A stretch of 61,899 nt of DNA, the filler included, from Choristocarpus tenellus KU-1152 (Eukaryota > Protista > Phaeophyceae), in the NCBI GenBank assembly GCA_964200185.2. It is 11 parts of 11 records of this genome, joined end to end, with 100 filler letters (N's around TTAATTAATTAA, not from the genome) between each part and the next. Parts side by side here need not be neighbours in the genome. Positions count along the whole stretch, not along the records: positions 24,435 to 30,787 come from CAXNAD020008324.1; positions 30,888 to 35,501 come from CAXNAD020013793.1; positions 35,602 to 46,614 come from CAXNAD020002565.1; 8 more parts are not named here. One strand, given 5' to 3'. The translations under genes were made by a program, and so were the position numbers. The notes under the pieces were generated by a model. The model searched no databases, was not told where the DNA came from, and saw only the letters and a list, made by a program, of their open reading frames with translations. Shown here one piece after another: positions 25,275 to 37,689 of the stretch (the stretch's first letter is position 1; every line of letters begins with the position of its first letter).

Positions 25275-28010
25275 ACTCCTTCCGGTCTCCACCCCCTCCG
25301 TTCTCGCCCCATCGTCTTCATGATTACANNNNNNNNNNTCTCCCTCTTTTTTTTCCCTTTTTTTCAATTTTTTTTTTCCCCCCCCCCCCCCCCCCCCACC
25401 CCTTCCTTCTGCTCACTTTTTTTCTTGACTAAAGGGTCTCTGATCCGTGGTGGCCAAAGGAATAGCATAGAGAAATAAGAAAAAACAACAAAATAAACAT
25501 ACAAATAAATAAATATCTCCTACGTGTACTTACTTGCCCCCATACTTTTGGTTCCTTCTTTCTCAGCTGGTGGCGCAAGTGGCATTACTGGACCCAGTGT
25601 GCCTGCTCCTGTTCCTCCCTTCTGTGGCTCATGCATTCCTTTACCCAGAAGATCATTCCTTGCCACTGCTTGAGTCGGGACTGAGATGCATGTTTGCATA
25701 CGAGAAAGGAATCTCACACACTCTCAGAAGGCACTTTTGGTGGTACAAGGTCAGCGTCGTTTGTGTTTTTGATTCTTGTTCGGGGTTGATTACTTCTAAT
25801 AATGAGTTATAATAATGCATTTTTAGTGTTCTTTTTTGTTTTTATAACTCCCCTTCTGCTTTTTGGGAGGGGGGGGGGAGAGAGGGAGTAGCATTTGTTC
25901 AAATTTGGCAGTTTTCGTTTTTTGTGTATTTTTTAACTTTTTAAAATTTATTTGTTGTCCTTGTCAACAACCCTCAACCAGCAGTGTGTATTTTGCCTTC
26001 CTTGGACTCTACCGTTTCAACTGCAGGTCTGGGATCCCTCAGACTTATGTGATGGAAGTAATAATTATTATTGTTTTATTGTTTTGATAAAAAAAGTAAT
26101 TTGTTTTTCTGGGCAGGAGAAGGTAGGTTCCATTCTGTTCTATGTTGTACTGTATTTCCATCCATACCTCTGTAGACCCTTTCTGCCCAGTCTCCTACTT
26201 TCAAGGTGGTTTTGTAAAGGTAATTTCTTTTTCTACATGCTCTTGTGATGAATCTTGACCAAAATACCAAAAACGTATCACCTTGAGGTTATGAAAAAAA
26301 TTAGTGAGATATTACACAGTTTCATCTTAATTTTTTTTCTTTTGTACTGCCTGTGAAAAAAAGACAAAAAGATCATATCAAACTAACATATCAAACCTCC
26401 TGTGGGTGTATACCTCGTATGTTTTTGGACTTACAATCTTACAATCTCTGGTTGAGACAAGCTCGTTCCTTGGTAAAGATGGAACCAACTGTATTGGAAT
26501 TGAAAGGCAATGAACTCTCATAAAAATGAACAACAAATCAGTAAGCTGACAAGCACAAGATTCCATTGTTAGTTGTTTACATGGGGGCTAATCAGTCTAT
26601 TATTAATAATATTATTTTACTGACATCAGTCACAACACCAGCCACTTTGTATTGTATCACACAAGCAGTGCCAACAAATTATTTTTAACCCCAGAGCGAT
26701 ATTCAAGTCTCTGACAGAGAGTACCAACAAAAAAATGTACCATCTGAACTTAGATATCAAGAGACAATGCCCTCAATAGTGTAACAAATAGAATAGTATC
26801 AGTATCGACCAAAGTACATGCACTCCATTATACTCCAATAAACTCCATTATACTCCATTAAACAAGGGGCAGTATGGAAGTATTTATAGTTGACATGTAT
26901 GGAAGTTGACATGCCCGAGGGTGCAGCAAAAATTTGAGTAAAATTTGAGTAGCACTCAAACTTTTTTTGGTGGTGCTGATTGGCCTGATCCTGGTTCCTG
27001 GAACAGTTGAAATTGCTGTGTATATAATGTACCTCTGTGGTGAAAATCTGCAAAGATGATAAGAAAAAATTATTTTTATTGACAAGTTGGATATGGCTAA
27101 CCATTATACCCACACATCTTCCTGCCTGATGTCAAACTGAAATCAGAACCCTAGTCAGCTATTTCTATATATGGCCTCAGGATGGAAAAAAAACAAAACA
27201 TACGTATGTTACGATTTTTGGAGGCATCATTTTGGTATGCATGCCCATGTAGGAGGTGTGTATACTTCAGATTAATTTATTTTTTATTATTGTCTGGGTG
27301 TAGCGAAAAGGATCAAATTCTTGCAAAAAATAAAATATCATTGCACATATATATGTTGTTATTGTTGTTGTTATTGTTATTATTATTATTATTCCAAGTC
27401 TTTACTTACACACCTCTTCCTCAATATCGAATTCTCATAAGGGAACTCACAAGGGAACTCTCCCTCCCCCCACTACCCAGTCGGTTGACGTGACCCTGCT
27501 AGTAAAGAGATTCCGTTCTAAGTTCTACAGCGAAATGCCAAGTTCTTGGTTCTACTTGTCTTCCTCTACCCCTTTGCAAGATAGAAGATGTGTTAACATT
27601 TCAAACATTCCCAAAGTAACCTTTTCTTTGTGGTGTTCCTATCACCCCAGAATATACTCTGGCCTGAAGACCTACACTGCCCTGCAGTGGTGGGATTGTC
27701 CGGGTGTGACACAGTTGCCCCTACCAAAGCTCTCCGCCGTTACCTCCTCTCTTGGAACGAGCACTCTCCAACAGCAGCAGGGGGAAGCTCCATGGCTGGG
27801 GCAAGGGCTCGCAAGGGCAATCGTGGTCATAACGCAAGGGGACAGAACTCTAGGTACAAGAAGAACCCCATCAGAGGGGGGGGGGGGCAGATGGAGCTCG
27901 TGTGGTGGCCAAGCTATGGACACGGTGAAGCTTTGTTCCGTTCCCATGCTTTGGATGAGTTTGTGGGAAGACTCAAGCATCAGGCGCAGTTGTTTGTGTC
28001 TCTAAGTTAG
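24519..28010 (+). CDS. Alpha/beta hydrolase, 3' exons
   Basis: GHSFGS nucleophile elbow, LLDPVC, HTLRRHFWWY, LSGCDTV, WPSYGHG across three GT-AG exons. Confidence 0.85.
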
Positions 28011-29169
28011 GTATCGTTCTTCATGTGGAATAGATTCTCCTTTTGTGTAGTTGTAAGCAGATAAAATCAAATGGAAGGGGCAGGGGGGTCGGCGTTACCG
28101 GTTTTCTTGAAGGCTGAAAAAAATATCCAAGGGAATTGGGGTGGACGCCTTCGCATGTTTGGCACCCTTGATCGTGAGATGCTTTTCTGTTTTATATTTT
28201 TTCGGTTGGTTTTTCTGTTTTTTTTTTCTTTGCATTCCCTGTGGCGGTATCAGGCGTAAGCATATCATATCAAACTTGGTTGTGTCACAATGCACTGGCA
28301 TATTTTCTTTTGAGATGTAAGTAAGGCAGGTCAGGTTATAGATTGTTGTACCAAAGGTCGATTCACACAACTGTGGCCAGAAGCTCTCTAGGGTTAGGGT
28401 TGGGATTTTATTCTGGAGCAAATACACCTTAGTTCTACCACATGTACCATCATAATGCTATTGATGATTGACTGTCTTGTGAAGAAGTGCTGACATGTGT
28501 TGACATTATGTAAGCAGCTCTCATCAAAGGGTCTCTCTCCCCTCATTGTTTCTAATAGATTTTTCATCCTTTACATGGCATCTTGCCATTGAAAACCTCA
28601 ATTTAAACATTTCGTGTTACTGTGCTGGTGCACTTCTTCCTTAGAGATATATTATTATTACAGTAGCCATGTACATGTTTTGTTCCTTTTAGCCCAAAGT
28701 AATCAAGGTGCAATCAATCGTTGGATCAATTTGATTCAAAGAGAAGTTGAGTTTAATTAAATACAACAAAGTCAAGTGTTGAGTAATATACATATATATT
28801 ATAAAAATATTATCATCTTATTAATGAAATGGGCCTCTATGCTCAGCGAAACAGTTACATAGATAAAAAGGAGAGCAACACTCTACTCAAGGCCCACTGC
28901 CTATATAGGACAGTTCACCATGATAACGATCTTAAGTGCTTGTTGTAGCAAACGATCAATTTTTTATTTCATTAAAAAAAAAAGAACCGCAAAGCCAACA
29001 ATGCAGATTAATTGAGGGGTGAGAGTTCAGGCAAAGGGGAGAGTGGGAAGAAAAGTTGCTACAATACTCAAAGGGCAGGGATGTGCGTGTGTGTGAATCA
29101 AGGGGGGAAGTCAAGGTTGAATGAAGTAAAAGGAACACATGGAAGTGAGATCATGGGCTTCCCACAAAA

Positions 29170-30737
29170 TCATAGACGAGCTGTTACTGGTTGAGTCTCT
29201 GGTCCCGCCCCTCTCAAACCAGATTCAATCTCAACTCCCGAGGAGTGGAGAGGCGTTTGTGTCCCTTTGCCTCCGCTCTCCACCAAAAGAGCTGCAATAT
29301 AATCCACTATCAGTTTGTCTGCCCAGCTGCACCTGCCCAGACACAACAATTTGTTTTTTGTTGAGATGTTGAGTATGTCAAGGGGAGGGGGAAAGCAATA
29401 CAATGATACGATGTCATAGCAGCAGTGGGATGAGGGTGGAGTAGGCGGGTCTGTGAATGGATGGAATGGATGGAATGGACTAGACAGATGGGATGATACT
29501 AGGTACCGATGTGATGTGGAACTTGCAAACAAATTGCAAAGCAGTAACAGGGAGCAAAGCAAAGCCTTATCGATGCAGGAAAATTAACAATGTATTGCTA
29601 GGAGGATAAAAGACTGCATACCTGGTCCATGGGTTGAAACCCTCACCCCAGCCAATGTGTCCTCCTGCTCGTGTGGAAACAAACACAACTGAAGGGTTCC
29701 GTTGGCAGGCCTCAAGAGGCCAAAGAGATGGTTGACATATTGGATCGTCCTTTGCATTAATGCACAGCAGAGGGGTCTTCACCTCTCCCACGTACCTACT
29801 ACTTGATCCATCCCTGTGGTACTCCTAGATGCAGCAATGACAGCACAGAGCAGGGGGGATTGAGTCAATCAGTCAAAAGAGAAGGAGGCAGGGGGCAGAG
29901 TTGTATATCTTTCACCAGCCACAAATGCACAGCAAATTGGATCATCGGGTCAAGTGTAAGTAAGGTCTGTTGGGCAATGGAAGTCAAGTGCGCTATTAAC
30001 ATCACCACCAAACGTGCATGTGAGGTAGAGGGAAGGGAGGAGGGTGGCCATTAACTACTGAATCTAGGACATATACTCTGTAGAAGATGGAGGCATGTTG
30101 CCAGGAGCTACCATGATCATTGACGCTGAGGAGTGGATTGGGGCCTAGTGCGCATTGGTTGGTATTGTTAGGGTGAGGGTGAGGGTGAGGGTGAGGGTTA
30201 GGGTTAGGGCGAGAGTGTGAAGGAACCACTGGGGGAGGGGAAAACTATCAAGATGTAGATAGGTCACGTAAAGATTCACTATCACTATCACTGTCACTAT
30301 CACTATCACGATCAGAACGCCTGAGAAAATGTGTTGGAATATTTCATGCCATGAGTATTTCATGTCACAATCCCGGCCTCTCTTTGAGTGCAACAATCAC
30401 AAATTTCTGCTTCCGAACCAAGCGCATTCAACCTCTTGTTCAACCTCTTGTTCAACCTCTTGTGCATGAAGAGAGAAGTTAATATGTCCGCATGTGCATA
30501 AGCATATCTGATGAAAATTGGACACACACAGGGCAACTTCAAACATTTCAGTCTCTTTCTCTTGGGGTGCAGGGGAAGAAAGGGAACAGCTCTCACGTGG
30601 AGATCTTGGTAGCCCCACATGGGCAAAACCATGGTCCTGTCATACTCAGGTACCGTAGCCACCCTCATACCACTTTTGATATCTAGCTCCTTCCGACGCA
30701 CTAGAAACTCACTGTCCATATGCTCCCGTAGGGATCG
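29170..30737 (-). CDS. ABHD1-3/YheT-type alpha/beta hydrolase, 3' exons
   Basis: EYDRTMVLPMWGY, EYHRDGSSSRYVGEVKTPLLCINAKDDPI, STRAGGHIGWGEG, SWADKLIVDY. Confidence 0.88.
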
Positions 30738-33700
30738 CTGGGAAACGGAGTAAGGTACAAGGGGGAAGGGGGACAAGGGGGAAGGGGNNNNNNNNNNNNN
30801 NNNNNNNNNNNNNNNNNNNNNNNNNNNNNNNTTAATTAATTAANNNNNNNNNNNNNNNNNNNNNNNNNNNNNNNNNNNNNNNNNNNNATGAAAAAATTGA
30901 CCCCAAATGGACAGCCGCCACCCCCTCCCAGATACTTTGAGTCAGAGATGTATATACACTCTGGGTACACATCTTCCAATGTGCTCCAGGGTGTACCCTG
31001 CCCTCCCTCAACGCTATTGTGTATTGTTGCATCTTCCAGCCATTGCCAAAATGACGTTGTTGCCCACGATGATAGTTACCTTTGTATCACTATATGACAT
31101 AGTTTCTGCAGCTGGCTACAAATACTCCTTGTGTCAACAACTACACCTGTCGAGAAGGACATGTTTAATATCGCTTCTCCAAAAGCTAGCAGAAAATCTG
31201 TTGAGTGAATCGCTGATGATACAATGCCAACATTCTCCATGACCTCAATGCTCAGACTAGCATATTGGGCAGCTCCATGCAAAGCTTTCACAATCAGCAG
31301 GATGCATGGGGTACTTTTTCAGGGCTCTTATGTGAGCATGGAGCACGGATACTCAAGTCGGACCTGTGCAATCACACGAGTCATCATGACAACAGGCAGA
31401 GTAAGGCAGATCCGCCTCTACACAGCAGAAAGGCAGAACCTTCCCCCCTGTGATACAGCCTCCACATGTCCATTCCTTCCCCTGGTGGTGCTGGTGGTGC
31501 TAGAGCACCATGAGTGCTACCTCGCGAATCCTCTCCTTCTCTTTATCATAAGTCAGAAATGCTACTACAGGGAAGGAGGTAAGTGGAGTTTCTACTGTAA
31601 ACGAGGCAACGTCCAAATCTCAACAAAATAAGAAGCAGGGTGGTGGATGACAAGAAGTGATGCATCTATTAGGCACAGTAGTATATACGCACTCTGAACT
31701 ACTCTAGAGTAGTAGCTATATGCACCTCCTGTGTAATAAATGGTGAGGTTTGCAGGTTGCTTATTTTATGTACCACGCGACAAGCAGATAATTCAAGACA
31801 TAATAAATCCGAAAATACGCATAATGGGCCAGGACCCCGCTGGTGAACACACTAAATATGTGTTGTTCGAGAGTATGAAGCCTTCACTCAGTCATGTGTG
31901 GCAAAATGGTTAGAAAACAGTAGCTGGAAGGGAAGGAAGGCATCCATCATTTTCTGAGTGTAGAGGAAGCAGCACTACTATTATGATAACACACATTCTG
32001 TCAGAATGCACATATATCGCATCGAGAGCAATAGTAGCAGCACTCAGCATTTATTAAATAAATAAAATAACAAAAAAAGTTGAACCCAATTTTGATTCAT
32101 ACTACTCCTGGATCATGAGGAGTGGTAGCAAAACCATCACTAAAAATTCAGTAAGTCTAAATCGGTCCATTAATTCTGGGTGAGAGAGGACAGCCCACCA
32201 TATCAGTTCAGCAGACCTGCCTGCTCGGTATATGAGCTGATGACGAATGTGAGCGACATTTGCAGCGCATCTGCAGCACCAAAAATGCCTGTCAGCTGCA
32301 CTCAGACGAAATTTTCTACTTCCTGTATTACTTCAGAGTAGTATATGCCTATTAGTAGTATTATTTCCTGGCCAACATTGGAGTAGTAGAGGTTCTTAGA
32401 GATCGTAACTGCCCAACGATAAGAAGGCAAGAACATCAATAATGATGTATTATTCACCATTCAAGCAGTAAAGGAGTGAAATATCCGATGTTTGTAGCAC
32501 TCACACATAGGAGAGATGGCGACAACAAGGAGAAATTTTGCGATATCTTGATTGCAGACTCAATACCGTACCTACTTCCAGCAAAAAAACTAGCGGTCAA
32601 AGTTAATTCCACAATCCAAAACGATTTACGTCACCCATCCCTATCCATGGGAAGGGTGTGTGGGACTCGGACCGGGCAGTGAATAGGTACACCCGAACAT
32701 GTGACAAACTTCAGTAATATTGGGACCTAACTTTTTACGACCTATTTTTCAATGAGGGACGCGGTCCAGACCAGACGCAGAACTTTCAATCTTGTCAGTG
32801 AATAGAGTAGTGTTGTTGTGAATCATACTGAATGAATCAATACGATTGGAAAAAATCACGATTAATCAAAACCACAAAATTGAGAGGAAACTTGAAAAAA
32901 AAGTTGTGAAAAGAAACAAGATGGTTTGTACACAGAGATGGTGATCCGCGCACCTTAATTCATTTACTACTATTTGTACATTTCGAGTGTATCTGAACTC
33001 TTTCAGTCAATTTGACTTATATTCATGATTTTGATCGTATCATTTTGTAATATTTGTCTCCACTTCAGTCTCCGTAGGAATTTCCTAATCCGTGGTCAGA
33101 GAGAGACCTTACAAGCGATACTTCTGGAGGACCGCAAAAATAAAATGACTGCTTACCCTTTGTTTTGACCAACTCTTGAACTGCAACTATATCTTCAGTG
33201 TCTGTCTCGTTTGTTTCTTGCTTATCGCACGTTGGGTTCAGTAGTCCAACAGCTCATCGCTCCACCTACTCCCTGAAATCTTGCGTGGGACTCGACTTGA
33301 TGTGGCTGGCTCAGTCTTAGTCGGATGTTTTTATGGCATAGGGACAAATAGGAGAGTAGTATAGGAATCTGGTGTATAACCAGTCCTTTTCCAATCTCGT
33401 TGAATTGGGTAATGGAAACCAGATCTCCATAAGAATGGCAGACTCGATGGGATTCGAACCATTGAAATTAATCGAGAGGAAGAGAACCGTCACCACCCCT
33501 GTCTAGTATTTGAAATCAGAAGTTTTAAAGGGCTTGGGGAAAAAAAGCGGGTAATTGTGGAGAATATGACAAGAAGTTACATGACCCCAATTAATTGAAT
33601 TATCCACCCTACACTTACACTCCACTATCAACATAAATTGCTAGAACGAAAACAAGGAACCACCACTACTGTCCAACCAAGAAGGTATGTGAGAGAAGGC

Positions 33701-34236
33701 TGCGGCGTTTGTAGAGGGCAAAGGATGGTCCAATCCCGCACAAATTGTAATGAAAGTGGTAGAGCGAGACTTAGATATTTGTTGCCGATCTTCTAGTAGT
33801 CTACACAGGAACAGTCAGGTTGTCAAGATAGACATGACACCTTCCTCTATTGCCCTTCCATCACATCCTTGCGTCCCTTGCGCTGAAGGGGTAAGTAGAT
33901 CTATGGATCAGTCTTTCCTTTTACTGTTCCTTTCGCTTGTTTAAACTTGGAGGGCTAGCCTTACCTTTCCCGTGATATTAGTACAGGACTCTTCATATTC
34001 GTTGTCCTCAAATGCTGTCGAACAGGTGGTTGTATAGTTGCACTCGATAAGCTCGTTTATCTGTACATGCATATATCATTGTTGACACAGAACGTGTGTG
34101 CATTCAACAAACACAAGCATAAATAGAAAGCATCAGTGATGCGCGTTTTAACTTTCTCCATCACTCACTTGCGCGTCTCCCCTTCTCTCGCTCTGACAGA
34201 GGGGTAGATGCTGGGCACAAACTACCTTTTCTCCAG

Positions 34237-34641
34237 ATGAATCTACTAGATGTTTACCTCGTTGGACTCATCATGTGGTCTCTCTCGTCGTCTGTCATGT
34301 ACCTTGCCTTCCCTGGCAGTACGGCCGAGTTCTATGGAGGCACTGCCACACCCTTTGTTGAGCTTTTTGTGAATTTGGCATCAGGCGGGTATATCATTGT
34401 TGCTTATCTTGCATATGAGGCGCTTTACAGTCACAACTTTGGGGTGAAATCCCTTGTGGTGCGGGCAACTAGTGCTTACTTATGCTTCCACATGGGTGCC
34501 TTGTTATTCGACAATTTCGTACGCACCAATCATCCTTACGGGGTGTGTATGTATATCATTGTGTTGGGGATTTCTATGCTCGCAGCTTGGTGGTGGGGAG
34601 TAAAGCACAAACCAATCGACTATACTGGCCTCCCCACATAG
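34237..34641 (+). CDS. Hypothetical 134-aa membrane protein (about 4 hydrophobic segments)
   Basis: Clean single-exon ORF, protein-like composition, ATG preceded by a polypyrimidine-CAG acceptor. Confidence 0.65.
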   Translation: MNLLDVYLVGLIMWSLSSSVMYLAFPGSTAEFYGGTATPFVELFVNLASGGYIIVAYLAYEALYSHNFGVKSLVVRATSAYLCFHMGALLFDNFVRTNHPYGVCMYIIVLGISMLAAWWWGVKHKPIDYTGLPT

Positions 34642-37600
34642 CAGTAGGATCATCACTCGAGCAACACTAAAGATGAGGCTGGGCAGAGTGACCATAGGTT
34701 GATGAGAATAACATGTAGTTTGCGGGATAAGGCACTTTAAGACACAAACCATGTAACAGTAGGCCTTCCCAAATATTGAGATATTACAGTTCCACCCAGG
34801 TGATAAGTCACGCACTTTTCAGCCCCGGTGACGTAGTCTCAATATTCTGCAGACCTGGATGTTCCACATCTGACATTTAACCCTGGGGTAGTCCATTGAG
34901 CTGACCTCACTTGGTATAGTACACACTCTGGTGTTGACAGTCAGGACAGAGTTTTGTGGTTTGAGTCGTGTGCAGCTGTTTCCTGTTTTTTTTCTTCATG
35001 AGAACGTTTTTCTTGCCATATTTTTTGTGGTCGGCTTCTGGTTGCACCTTTCCATGCACTGCTGTTGCCTTCTAGTTGGGAATAAGTACTTGTAGGTAAG
35101 GTTGAGGGTAGTGCCGCCTCCCTGTCCTTGTTGGTTGTAGAATCGATTTGGTATGTAGTCTATATCTTTGCACTACTCTCTATTTTTTTTTGGCTAACAA
35201 GTAACAGTTTTATCCGTTTTACAACACAAGTCAATAGATATTAGATTTGGACAGTCCCTTTTTAGAGTGAGACTTGCCGCCTGTGAAGGATTTTGCTTTC
35301 ATCCAAGGAGGTGTTCTGTATTTAACCACTGAATGTGTACCATGAGCCTTGTTAAAGCATAGGTTACTCATCTGTTCGTTCCTTTATACGATACAGTTTC
35401 ACCAGTCAACACTGACTGTTGATTGATCTTTTACGTTCTGGACGTTACTTTCACTAGTTCGTCATCGCCACAGCAACTACAATCAGAACACCTTAGTACA
35501 GNNNNNNNNNNNNNNNNNNNNNNNNNNNNNNNNNNNNNNNNNNNNTTAATTAATTAANNNNNNNNNNNNNNNNNNNNNNNNNNNNNNNNNNNNNNNNNNN
35601 NGGGAGAGGAGCAAACATCCCATCTTTTTTTTTTTTTGTGGTACCTCATTTGATGAGCCAAGGGCATGGGGTACCCTGATTCTTGAAAGATAGACGGGAA
35701 AGGGTATATATATATATATATATATCGTGGCAAGCAGGAAAGTGTGAATGCTTGCAAATCCACATTCCTCAATTTGATGGAGAGTTTGCTTCGTAGGGTG
35801 TAATCATTGAGCACTAGACGTTTCGGGTTTGCCTGTTGAAGTTGTCATGTTCTCACTGCTCGTCGGTGGTGTCCCCCTGCCCCCGTTCTCCCTGGAACCT
35901 GAGAAGCCAAGATGATGTCACCTACCCTTTTGAGTTGTGTCCCAGCATGATGAAAGTAAAGCCATTCTACTGAAAAAGAAATCTGGCCGTTGCTTCGACT
36001 ATTGTACTGTGTATCCTGTGATAATAGAATTGAAGATTCTTGAACAAAGCCCTCTCTCTTTGGGTGAACGAATTTATAGGTTATCACAACACTCAGTTGA
36101 AAGATTGCTCCTTTTGAGATAATTCAGTAACCCCTTGGAGCGTGATCTTTTTTCTCAGTGAAGTGAGGGGAAAAGGAGGCATAGCATGTTTTTTTTAATA
36201 TGTGCTTCCCACCTAGTGTCTTAATTTACTTTTGCAATCTTGCATCAACAAGTGCACCAGATCATTTATTCCTATCCTTAATCTGAAACAGCAAGGTTGA
36301 TACTTTCATGTCATTTCCATTTCTATTAATTTTAACTATCTTTGCATGGAAACGATGTAATTTTACTCTGTATCTCAAGCCCATGTGGGTCTTCGCATTG
36401 TATCTTCAACACAGTGGTAATGTGGTTCCGGCCCCCTTGATTTGTTCAACTATATTTCATGTGTGTACCTCATAGACACATCATCCGGGCTTTGTTGAAG
36501 AGTTTTTATCGTCTTTTTTGGATTGCCACTATTGGAATAGGGCACTCACTTCAATCTAACTTGTAAGTAAATATTGAACACATAGATCAAACTCGTTTTA
36601 TTGTCACACACCAATCAGAATTCACTTTTATGGATTAAACCAGGTTTATCACCACAGCCCAAATGATGTCCATCTACCTGGTCCACAACATGGTGTTCCA
36701 TCTTAGAATTGGTTTCAGAGTATTTGGAGTCCTTACAACTGCATTGCAGTAGTAGTGCTTCTATCACTCTGGAATAAAATTTCACTGTCAAATGGATGAA
36801 CATTCGCCATTTTTTCTGCAATTATGATCTCCTTTTGAGGGTTACAACTGTTCTTCAGGCATTGTCACAGGATGTTAAACAGAGGGTAAAAATAGACCTC
36901 GGCATCAAAAAGATACGATGGCTCAATCACTATCCATCCATTAACCCCGCAGTCTAGGTCTACACAATTCATACGGAGGCATCCTTTGCAACTGGACAAA
37001 TGAACACACCCCATAAAAAAGTGAACAAGATTTCTCTCAATGCCATTCATTAACCACATACAACACACAACACCCTCCCCACCCCTCATCTTCCCTAATC
37101 TAGTCCCTTCTCTTGGATGGGGAAGGCGATTGATTGCAAGAGGATGGAGAGGGGAATAAGGACAACTCTACAGCCCACAGACCAAACAGAGATGTACCTC
37201 CCAGAGAGTCAAGACAGGTTGAAACTTCAGCAGCACTATTTATGACCTAAGCCTGTAAGACTCCACTCTTGAGCTGCCCTCCTTGGGGAGGCGTGGTGTC
37301 AATGAACTTATCGCCCAAGCAACAGAAAATCAAAGCCAATTGCCATTTCCGTAACTATAATACAACATCAGTCCTTGTTGTGACCACTCTAGCACCACCC
37401 CTAAAACCCCCTCTCATTCACTATTGCCACTGAACCTTACAACTTCTAGATTTTTTTTCTTGCAAATACACCGTGCTACTATCTAGCTTCCAGGTGGAAT
37501 CCACTCAACCGTATGTGTAGCTAGCCCTTATCTACCATTTGATCTCTTTACCATCCCTAACATGCCGGTGGCATTGGTTGGCAGGAGCAGTTGAGAAACC

Positions 37601-37689
37601 ACTATCAAAATGCCCTTAACAATAGCAACATGAACACATCATCACCACCCTAAACAGTCCCGCCTCAAGTCAACTTAACACTTATCAAC

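Noticed and set aside
30168-30210. (GGGTGA/GGGTTA)n telomere-like run
   Set aside because: Short, degenerate and intronic; an ordinary microsatellite.
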